Shown here one piece after another: positions 52,065 to 59,703 of a DNA stretch of 64,000 nucleotides. Source of the stretch: Lachnospiraceae bacterium (GTDB lineage Bacteria; Bacillota; Clostridia; Lachnospirales; Lachnospiraceae); NCBI GenBank assembly GCA_020860755.1, contig JAJBTQ010000027.1:7489-71488 (forward strand). The letters run 5' to 3'. Below the pieces are notes generated by a model that was not told the origin of the DNA, searched no databases, and worked only from the letters and a program-made list of their open reading frames with translations. Position 1 is the stretch's first letter; every line of letters begins with the position of its first letter. Both the position numbers and the translations under genes were made by a program.

Positions 52065-52400
52065 ATGGATCACTTACATATCTTATGGACGAACGCGGAT
52101 GTCACCGCCTCTAAGCTCATGGTGATGATGTACGCGAAAAACGCGCTGAAAAACGGCTGGTGGGATAAGGTCACCATCATCGTCTGGGGCGCAACGGTAA
52201 AGCTTTTGGCCACAAATCAGGAGATTCAGGATGAGATGAATGTGCTCCGCGAATACGGAGTCGAATTTGTCGGCTGCATAACCTGCGCGACGGAGCTCGG
52301 TCTGGTAGATGAGATGACTGCTCTTGGCGTAGATCTGTACCCCTGGGGACCGCCGCTTACTAAACTGATCAAGGAGAACGCTCCGCTGCTGACGGTGTAA
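52065..52400 (+). CDS. DsrE family protein
   Basis: LHILWT, MYAKN, WWDKVTIIVWGA, GCITCA; RBS GGAGG. Confidence 0.8.
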   Translation: MDHLHILWTNADVTASKLMVMMYAKNALKNGWWDKVTIIVWGATVKLLATNQEIQDEMNVLREYGVEFVGCITCATELGLVDEMTALGVDLYPWGPPLTKLIKENAPLLTV

Positions 52401-52435
52401 CAACGTCAACAGTCAAAAACTTGCGCTCATAAGCG

Positions 52436-52479
52436 AAAAAAATGCCCATGCAAAAGCTGACTTTTGCATGGGCATTTTT
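52436..52479. terminator. Bidirectional terminator
   Basis: AAAAATGCCCATGCAAAAG-CTGA-CTTTTGCATGGGCATTTTT perfect 19-bp stem. Confidence 0.85.
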
Positions 52480-52489
52480 AATAAAAAGA

Positions 52490-53074
52490 TTAATAGTACA
52501 AGGGCTTTAATACGACCTTTGTGCACATTTCTGCAATCGTTGATTTTGGCAAATCCGCACGATTCAGAAGCCAGTATCTATAAATGGAAACAAACGTTGC
52601 GGCTGAAATTTCAGCTGTAAAATCTATGTCACGACTAATCTGATCATATTCAAATTTCCCTATTAGATCTTTTTTAATCTGTTGTTTTAAACCTAAGGCA
52701 AAGGAATTAGAGGCATTAGGCCCAAGGAGAGCTTTATATACGAGGCGATTTTGGTCCAATACATTAAGGACCTCATTTATAAAAGGAAAAAGCTCCTCTT
52801 TATTATTAGAAGCCCGAATAGGAAAGGTTCTCAATGTATCATTGGCTTCCTTCAACAAACTGATGTATTCATGTTCGATACTCTCTAACACATCATATTT
52901 GTCATCAAAATATCGGTAAAAAATTGTTCTGGAAATATTGCAGTAAGTACAGAGGTAGGTTGTAGAAATACCATCAAGCCCATTTTTATAATATAGCTCC
53001 AGGAAACGATTTTTTATCATTTCACAAGTTGCCTCTCTGTTGTAACTGTGGCGGTTTGATATAGTAGTGGTCAT
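52490..53074 (-). CDS. TetR/AcrR family regulator
   Basis: FLELY, ISTTYLC..CNISRTIFYRYFDDKYDVL HTH; markedly AT-rich. Confidence 0.85.
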   Translation of the reverse strand: MTTTISNRHSYNREATCEMIKNRFLELYYKNGLDGISTTYLCTYCNISRTIFYRYFDDKYDVLESIEHEYISLLKEANDTLRTFPIRASNNKEELFPFINEVLNVLDQNRLVYKALLGPNASNSFALGLKQQIKKDLIGKFEYDQISRDIDFTAEISAATFVSIYRYWLLNRADLPKSTIAEMCTKVVLKPLYY

Positions 53075-53124
53075 AAGCTTTATACCTTGAGTGTTGTTAA
53101 ATTTATTATGAAAACCTGCCTATA

Positions 53125-53170
53125 ACTGTCTCGTTTTGGTTGACAGTATTATACAATTTGTACACATAAT
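53125..53170. promoter_or_regulatory. Divergent promoter region with candidate TetR operators
   Basis: ACTGTC-N11-GACAGT (53125-53147) overlapping TTGACA (53140-53145); TACAATTTGTA palindrome (53152-53162). Confidence 0.45.
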
Positions 53171-53275
53171 TTGCAAGTAACAAATAACTGATAACAATCT
53201 TATCTTTATTTGATGTTAGAATCACCAACAAGAAACTAGTAGCGATTCTTTTAAAGGAGAAAGGAGACATTATTT

Positions 53276-54229
53276 ATGGGTAAATTTCCAATTATCACAA
53301 ATGAAGATTTACAAAAAGAACCACATTGGGTTATGACCCCGGAGCAGGAGGCTCTTCCGTACGCAAAGTATCAGAAAAAGCCTATCGGGGAAATTTCGCA
53401 GGAGAATCTGGATGCGATTAACGCCGGACCTTGTGATCCGACACTGGCACTTCCGATTGAAAAACGCAGCAACATGCTGGATCCGGGTTACCAGGCTGTT
53501 GAGACCGGATTCTGCAAAATGCCGGACGGCAGCGGCTTTGCGGCAACAAGAGTATTTATGCCGGGTATGACACCGGAAATGTGGGATTGGTGGCTTAACT
53601 GGCACTGCTTAAGTGATATCCGTTGCGGCCTTTGGATTCCGAATGCACATACCGGAGCATATTGCGGAGATCCCTCTCGCCATTTGGATTCCAGTGGATT
53701 ATCCATGGCGACCAGAAACTGGGGGCAGTTACACTTCCCGAAAGAGGGTTTGATGAGTCTTGAGGAATCAGACTACTTCATGATCAAGTTTTATTCCCCG
53801 GAGGACTTTGGTATCGATCGGCTTAGACTGATGGTCTCACCGGTCAAGTCCTGGTGCGGAGGTTCTGTTATTGGATTTGGCTCGGCCGCAAAAAGCCTGT
53901 GGGGCCATTATGCTGAGGAACTTCAGGATAAAGATCCCAATGCGGAGATTCCTTTCAATGTTCTCTTCCACACCGTGCGTGTCGTGGAGGGCGGCTGCGA
54001 GATGCGTCACCGTTATTGGTTAGGCAAGGAGCTGAGAGACGGCAAAGCCTACAATGCTCCTTTCCCGGAGGGTATGGATATGGAAATGATGGCATGGACT
54101 ATGTGCCGTCACAGTTTACTGGAGTATTCGAATCTGGCTACGATTCTTCCGTCCCTGTATAAAGAAATGGAAGGTAAGATTGATACAAAGTACGAGTCAG
54201 ATTTCAAGACCCCGGCGGATTTCCAATAA
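53276..54229 (+). CDS. PhlG/DAPG hydrolase family, paralogue B
   Basis: GY...ETGF..MPDGSGF, MPGMTPEMWDWWLNWH, W.PNAH, H.PKEG, FH.VR.VEGG.EMRHRYW, RHSLLEY.NLA.ILP.LY. Confidence 0.85.
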   Translation: MGKFPIITNEDLQKEPHWVMTPEQEALPYAKYQKKPIGEISQENLDAINAGPCDPTLALPIEKRSNMLDPGYQAVETGFCKMPDGSGFAATRVFMPGMTPEMWDWWLNWHCLSDIRCGLWIPNAHTGAYCGDPSRHLDSSGLSMATRNWGQLHFPKEGLMSLEESDYFMIKFYSPEDFGIDRLRLMVSPVKSWCGGSVIGFGSAAKSLWGHYAEELQDKDPNAEIPFNVLFHTVRVVEGGCEMRHRYWLGKELRDGKAYNAPFPEGMDMEMMAWTMCRHSLLEYSNLATILPSLYKEMEGKIDTKYESDFKTPADFQ

Positions 54230-54403
54230 TATTCTGATATTTTTATCTGAAACGCAAGAATTGTATAGGGGCATCTATACAGGTGCCCCTACCATGCTAA
54301 TTTGAAACCAATGAGAAGTGAAATTTAATTGTAAGGGGGGACGATAAAGCGGCCAGTTCCGTCTTGGCGGTCGCTTTATCCATCCAGAACAAGGAGGGTT
54401 TTT

Positions 54404-55237
54404 ATGCAAATTGATACTTATGTCGCAACAGGTGGACAGTCCAGCAGGCCGTTTGGCCAGTTTAAGGTGCCTTATCCGAAATGGGAACCTTTGAAAAGAC
54501 CGGAGGAAGTCGGAATTACGGATTTACCTGATATTGATTTGAATCCGAAGTTTGCAGATTGGTGCATCTGTATTGAAGGTGATCATTTTCTTCCCGGTTT
54601 GAAATCTGAAATGATCGACTGGTTTTGGAGCAATATGGAGAAAGGTTATTATCTCTGGGCACCGGGATCTCATAAGCGTTTCCAGTGGATTCAGGAACCT
54701 TGGCAGTATGGATTTACAAATTCTAAACATACCAGCTTAGAAAATATGGATGAAGACCAGATTTTGGATCTGAGTGTAGCAGCTGGTGATGGTTTTGGAA
54801 TGCTGCTGTACAACCGCTATGATATGGATATGTTTTTCATTGATCATGCCTGCGAACATGTCATTCTTGAGGGCACAAAAGACGAGAATGATCACACATG
54901 GATGCTTTTGGCCCATATGTGGGAAGATGTCGAAGGCGGCTGCATCCATCGTATGGTTTGCGCAACAGAGACGCAGGAGCTTTCCAAGAAAGTGATCCGC
55001 CCGGATGAGTATCCGCATGTCAAGGGTACAAAGAACAATTTCGCGCATGGTGAATATGAGCTTTGCTGGTGGCCGAAATTCCTGCCGGGACTTTACAACG
55101 TATGGAAAGATCATCCGGATCCGACACAGAATGTTTTCTACAGTCTGGAAGTGGAGCAGGTCGGTGATTATGAGTGGAAATATGTAGAAGATAATACACT
55201 GCCGGTACTGGAAAGACCGGAATACAAAAACTGTTAA
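54404..55237 (+). CDS. Highly divergent PhlG/DAPG hydrolase family, paralogue C
   Basis: LPGLKSEMIDWFWSN, YYLWAPGSH, H.SLE, AH.WEDVEGG..HR, AHGEYE...W..FLPGLY. Confidence 0.65.
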   Translation: MQIDTYVATGGQSSRPFGQFKVPYPKWEPLKRPEEVGITDLPDIDLNPKFADWCICIEGDHFLPGLKSEMIDWFWSNMEKGYYLWAPGSHKRFQWIQEPWQYGFTNSKHTSLENMDEDQILDLSVAAGDGFGMLLYNRYDMDMFFIDHACEHVILEGTKDENDHTWMLLAHMWEDVEGGCIHRMVCATETQELSKKVIRPDEYPHVKGTKNNFAHGEYELCWWPKFLPGLYNVWKDHPDPTQNVFYSLEVEQVGDYEWKYVEDNTLPVLERPEYKNC

Positions 55238-55294
55238 AATATGGCGCTGCCTGCCGCAGCCGGCTGCGGCAGGCACAATAGAAAGGAGATTTGT

Positions 55295-56659
55295 ATGGTT
55301 TTAGGACTTATCGGAATCATCGTTGGATTCTGTATCATACTGTTCTTTACATTTCGGAATGTCAGTACGATTATTCTGGCGCCGATTGCTGCCGTAGCCG
55401 TTGCGATCTTTAACCGATTAAACCCGGTAGAGGCCTTTACCTCAACCTATGTTGCCGGCTTGGCCGATGTACTTATGATGGTGCTTCCGGTCATCCTGCT
55501 CGGTACGATCCTCGGAAAAGTTTATACGCAGACCGGCGCAGCGGAAGCCCTGGCTGACGGCTTTATTAAGGTCTTTGTAGATCGTGCGCAAGGGTATAAC
55601 AGGGTCCGCATTGCGGTAGCTGTCATCGTGATTGTTTCTTACCTGCTCTGCCTGGGCGGGATTGACGCGTTTATCGTACTTTACACAACGTTCCCTATTG
55701 TGGTCCGAATGTGGAGCAAACTAAATATGCCGCGGAAGTTTATCCCCGCCATGCTGATGTGCTCAACAGGTGCGGCGGTCTGCCCCGGTGCCCCGGTGAC
55801 CCAGAACATTGTGCCGATGAGCATCCTCGGGACTTCTTCCACATCCGGACTGGTTCCCGGTATTATTGCAGCGGTGATCATCGGTGTTGGGTGTTGGATT
55901 ACAGTCTCATCGTTATGCATCAGGAACATGAAGAAAGGAGCTACTTTTGAGTACGGCGATATGCCGCCGGTCCCCGAGTTTGATGACCAAAAGAAGCCGA
56001 ATTTCTTTGTCGCATTGATCCCCATCGTTGTCGTGTTCGTCATCTTCGGCGTGATCGGATGGGATATCTCCATTGCCCTTTCCGTGGGAATCATTTTGGC
56101 GCTTGTGTTGATGTGGAGAAGTATCAAATATGAGGCTCTTCCGGCAGACACTCCAAAACGCGGGCAGATCCTGGCAACCTTAAATGAAGGAGCAGTGACA
56201 TCCTCAGGTGCGCTGATGAGTGTCTCCGTTATCTCCGGTTTTGCGGGGGTCGTCGGTGCCACAGCAGCTTTTGCATCGATGGCGGATGTGATCGTAAACA
56301 TGAACATCCATCCGATGCTGATCGTACTGATTGCCATTGTCATCCTTGTCGCACTGACCAGCTCACCGCCGGCAGGTATGTCGATCATTGTCCCGATCCT
56401 GGCAGCTGCCCTGCTTGCAGGAGGAACGGCGGCGCATGCGGGAATGATCTCTGCGGAGGCGCTGCACCGTGTATCTACCATCGCATCGGTATCATTCGAG
56501 ACACTGCCTTTCAACGGCATGATCGTGATCATACTTTCGATGACGAGGATCTCTCACAGAGAAGGGTATATGCCTATGTTCATCGTATCCTGTATTTTCC
56601 CGCTGTTGGCAGCGTTTGTGGCAGCATTGATGTTCATGGCGTTCCCCGGACTTGCGTAG
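55295..56659 (+). CDS. GntP/IT-superfamily organic-acid permease
   Basis: About 12-13 TM helices; GTILGKVYTQTGAA, PGAP..QN, ALTSSPPAG, LHRV, ETLPFNG. Confidence 0.78.
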   Translation: MVLGLIGIIVGFCIILFFTFRNVSTIILAPIAAVAVAIFNRLNPVEAFTSTYVAGLADVLMMVLPVILLGTILGKVYTQTGAAEALADGFIKVFVDRAQGYNRVRIAVAVIVIVSYLLCLGGIDAFIVLYTTFPIVVRMWSKLNMPRKFIPAMLMCSTGAAVCPGAPVTQNIVPMSILGTSSTSGLVPGIIAAVIIGVGCWITVSSLCIRNMKKGATFEYGDMPPVPEFDDQKKPNFFVALIPIVVVFVIFGVIGWDISIALSVGIILALVLMWRSIKYEALPADTPKRGQILATLNEGAVTSSGALMSVSVISGFAGVVGATAAFASMADVIVNMNIHPMLIVLIAIVILVALTSSPPAGMSIIVPILAAALLAGGTAAHAGMISAEALHRVSTIASVSFETLPFNGMIVIILSMTRISHREGYMPMFIVSCIFPLLAAFVAALMFMAFPGLA

Positions 56660-56683
56660 GGAATAAAAAAAGGGGATGTTCTG

Positions 56684-57097
56684 ATGAGTAAAAAAACAGA
56701 CAGACGCCTTAGCAGAAACACAGACAGGCGCCGGCAGGCGCAGGCAGAGGCGTATGTGCAAGAAAATCTGCGACGCTGCCCGATCTGCAAGACAAACCCG
56801 GCAGAGTGGACATATGATCATGTGGCGTTTCTTGAGGATCGGAAGGTCCATTGCAAATGCGGCAGCTGCGGATGTGTGCTGTCGATAAATTACGGCGACA
56901 TGAGGGGCGTGAACGGAAGTGCTGCAAATGAATTCCTGAAAGGTACGGCCAGTTACGACGCGATGGTCCGCTCAGTCTATGGAAAGAAAAAAGGAGTCAC
57001 TTATGTACAGATTCTGGAGTCGGGTACGTGTGAAGCCGCAGAAGATACAAAAGGTCAGGAGATTCCCCTGGAAGAATTAAAAGAAATGTTCTGGTGA
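56684..57097 (+). CDS. Hypothetical Cys-rich (zinc-ribbon-like) protein
   Basis: RBS AAGGGG; CPIC and CKCGSCGC motifs. Confidence 0.65.
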   Translation: MSKKTDRRLSRNTDRRRQAQAEAYVQENLRRCPICKTNPAEWTYDHVAFLEDRKVHCKCGSCGCVLSINYGDMRGVNGSAANEFLKGTASYDAMVRSVYGKKKGVTYVQILESGTCEAAEDTKGQEIPLEELKEMFW

Positions 57098-57123
57098 ACG
57101 AAAAGCCTCTATTAAATATACAT

Positions 57124-57160
57124 AAAGGGTGAATGATTGGAAAACAATCTTCACCCTTTT
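57124..57160 (+). terminator. Terminator ending the hydrolase-permease operon
   Basis: AAAGGGTGAA.GATTG...CAATCTTCACCCTTTT. Confidence 0.7.
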
Positions 57161-57232
57161 GTACTATTTTTGCTGCCAACAAACCGGGAAAGAACTATTG
57201 AAAATAAAAACGCGTTAAATTAAAATACACCG

Positions 57233-57393
57233 AGACACAGGATAGACAGGATAGAATTCCAAGCAGCTTTTCTGTGCATGGGAGTGGACAGATTCTTTAT
57301 ATTTCAAAATACGGAAATATACGTCTACTTGTATAGTCAGGTCGAGGAGTTAGTTTTGCGTCAGCATCAACACGTGTTCGTTGATGCTTTTTT
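57233..57393 (+). ncRNA. Candidate small RNA (about 160 nt, rod-like)
   Basis: Own promoter TTGAAA-N17-TAAAAT (57198-57226), nested GU-rich helices, own terminator AGCATCAAC-N8-GTTGATGCT-TTTTT. Confidence 0.5.
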
Positions 57394-57502
57394 ATGTGGG
57401 TGATCTATAATGTTATAATATTCAGGTTCAGGAAGACATCCCTTTAATCTTGTGCTATGATAAGTTATAAGAGTTAAAGGATCGGATAAAGGAAAGAGAC
57501 CC

Positions 57503-57778
57503 ATGAGACCTATAACCATTGTTCTGATTGTTATCATCATTGTGATCGCCCTTGTCATGGGATTTTTCATGATCATCTCGAACGAGCGCAGCAAGTACGG
57601 CGGGCCGTCCCTTTTTGACATGATGCTCCGGGAGAAGGAACCTTCCGGAGAGGAAGGATCCGGAGACTCAGAATCAAAAGGCGAAGAATCAGGAGATGGA
57701 GGAGACTCTGTTACTGTAACAGAGAATGAATTTACAGGCAATGCCCCGGCAGAAGATGAGAAAGGATTCAATCAATGA
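57503..57778 (+). CDS. Small single-TM hypothetical protein with acidic tail
   Basis: RBS AAGGA; N-terminal hydrophobic helix. Confidence 0.65.
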   Translation: MRPITIVLIVIIIVIALVMGFFMIISNERSKYGGPSLFDMMLREKEPSGEEGSGDSESKGEESGDGGDSVTVTENEFTGNAPAEDEKGFNQ

Positions 57779-57794
57779 GATGAGGTGACACCGT

Positions 57795-58130
57795 ATGTTT
57801 TTCTTATTTGGAAGGGATGAAAAGCAAAAAACGCTGGAATTTCGGCAGACGATTCTCTGCCCCATTTGCGGAAAGTACGGCCGGTATCGGGTCTTTATGA
57901 CCTATTCGGCCTTTTGCTTTTTCTTTATCCCGATCTTCCAGTGGAACCGTCAGTACTATGTGAGGACAAATTGCTGCAGCAAACAGCTTATTTTAAATCC
58001 GCAGATTGGAAAACAGATCAGGAAAGGAATGCCGGTGACGATCACAGGGGAGGATCTGACCGAAGAGGAGTTTGAGGAGGGCGCAAGCGCCTTTCGGAAT
58101 AAACGAAGGCAGTGGAGAAGGAATGGATGA
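57795..58130 (+). CDS. Zinc-ribbon domain protein (zinc_ribbon_15-like), copy 1
   Basis: MFFLFG, CPICG, FFFIPIF.W..QYYV...CC. Confidence 0.8.
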   Translation: MFFLFGRDEKQKTLEFRQTILCPICGKYGRYRVFMTYSAFCFFFIPIFQWNRQYYVRTNCCSKQLILNPQIGKQIRKGMPVTITGEDLTEEEFEEGASAFRNKRRQWRRNG

Positions 58131-59241
58131 CAAGGAAAAAGTCCTGGAACCAACTATAAGGATGGCTGTGGCAGATGCGATTCCGGTGATCTGTTTTGCC
58201 GCCTCCATGGTGTTGATCTGTCACTTCTACAATACTGTGATCATTGAGGTGTGGGCTGTTCTTTGCGTGCTGGCAGGGCTCGGAAAAGTTCTGTGGAAGC
58301 TGATCCTGGCTGTTTCGCACCGGGACAGGGCAATCTTAAACAAGCAGTTTCGTTATCTGATGACGGCCGGAGCGATCCTGATCGTTGTCTCTGTCATTGT
58401 CAGGCGTCCGTCCCTGGCTGTGATCTGGAAAAATATCGCATCGTTTCCCTGCAACCTTCTGTTTGTGATCGCTGTGGCCGCCTTTGTGGTCATGGGGATT
58501 TTGGACGCCCGGATGGACATGACAAAGCAAAGAGCCAACCGGATCGAGCAGACGATCAACCTGATCGCGCAGATCTGCATTCTCTTAGGCGTGGTGATCA
58601 TCTGGTATGCCAGCGACTATTACCGGGCAGATGCGGATGTGGATGCGTATCTGGTGAGTACGGATACGGTTGAGGTGACTGAGATCCGAAACGGGATCTT
58701 TTTTGACGGAAGCGGTACAGAAAAGGCGTTGGTCTTTTATCCCGGGGCGAAAGTGGAATACACGGCTTATGCTCCGCTCATGATGGAATTGGCGGATGCG
58801 GGCATAGACTGCTTCCTTTTAGAGATGCCCTATAACATGGCTGTCTTTGGGATCAATCGGGCGAATTCTGTGATCTCGGACTATTCTTACGACCAATGGT
58901 ATCTTTCGGGTCACTCTCTCGGCGGTTCAATGGCGGCCTCCTATGCCGCAAAGCATACGGAGGAGCTTGGCGGATGCATCATGCTGGCCGCCTATGCGAC
59001 CAAATCGCTCGGCGATCTTCCAGTGCTGGCCATATATGGCAGTGAGGACGGGGTGCTGAACTTAGAGAACCTGGAGGAAGGGCGGCAGTACGCGGTCAAC
59101 TATACGGAGATCTGCATCGAGGGCGGGAATCACGCCGGATTCGGCGCCTACGGTCCGCAGGCCGGAGACGGCGCGGCGACGATCTCCAGGGAAGAACAGT
59201 GGCGGCTGACTGTGGATGCGGTGACATCGGACAACTGGTAA
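58123..59241 (+). CDS. Membrane-anchored alpha/beta hydrolase (about 5 TM plus Abhydrolase_5-like domain)
   Basis: FYPGAKV, GHSLGG nucleophile elbow, GSEDGV, GGNHAGFG. Confidence 0.85.
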   Translation: MDDKEKVLEPTIRMAVADAIPVICFAASMVLICHFYNTVIIEVWAVLCVLAGLGKVLWKLILAVSHRDRAILNKQFRYLMTAGAILIVVSVIVRRPSLAVIWKNIASFPCNLLFVIAVAAFVVMGILDARMDMTKQRANRIEQTINLIAQICILLGVVIIWYASDYYRADADVDAYLVSTDTVEVTEIRNGIFFDGSGTEKALVFYPGAKVEYTAYAPLMMELADAGIDCFLLEMPYNMAVFGINRANSVISDYSYDQWYLSGHSLGGSMAASYAAKHTEELGGCIMLAAYATKSLGDLPVLAIYGSEDGVLNLENLEEGRQYAVNYTEICIEGGNHAGFGAYGPQAGDGAATISREEQWRLTVDAVTSDNW

Positions 59242-59299
59242 AATACCCCATACAGAGAATTGTGTATTTATCTTTATAATCATAATAAGGAGGAATCCT

Positions 59300-59686
59300 G
59301 TGTTTTTCCTGATCGGAATGAATCAACGACAAAAACAGCTGGACTTCGTACAGACCGTTCTTTGCCCGGCTTGCGGCAGGTATGGACGGTATCAGGTCTT
59401 TATGGTCTGCAATGTATTTACGCTGTTCTTTCTTCCGATCGCGCGGCGGAACCGCCGCTACTATGTGCAGATGACCTGCTGCAAAAAACGCTATGAGTTA
59501 AATCCTGTAGTCGGGAGGCGGATCGAGAGGGGGGAACAGGTGACGATCACGCCGGGAGACTTAAGAGATATCCCGGCGATGGGCGGAACCGGTTCCTACC
59601 GGGGAAGTGTCAGACAATGCAGATACTGCGGTTATACGACAACGGAGGACTTCGCATATTGTCCGAAGTGCGGGAGGCCGTTTTAA
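59300..59686 (+). CDS. Zinc-ribbon domain protein, copy 2, with extra C-terminal zinc ribbon
   Basis: GTG after AAGGAGG; CPACG..., LFFLP, CC; C-terminal CRYCG...CPKCG. Confidence 0.82.
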   Translation: MFFLIGMNQRQKQLDFVQTVLCPACGRYGRYQVFMVCNVFTLFFLPIARRNRRYYVQMTCCKKRYELNPVVGRRIERGEQVTITPGDLRDIPAMGGTGSYRGSVRQCRYCGYTTTEDFAYCPKCGRPF

Positions 59687-59703
59687 AAGAGGTGAGAAGG
59701 GAT

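Noticed and set aside
57367-57380. CAAC-ACGT-GTTC as a LexA box
   Set aside because: Mismatch to GAAC-N4-GTTC and located in a terminator loop
57278-57403. 41-aa ORF (MGVDRFF...) inside the sRNA candidate as a type I toxin
   Set aside because: No Shine-Dalgarno, runs through the terminator, no clear TM helix
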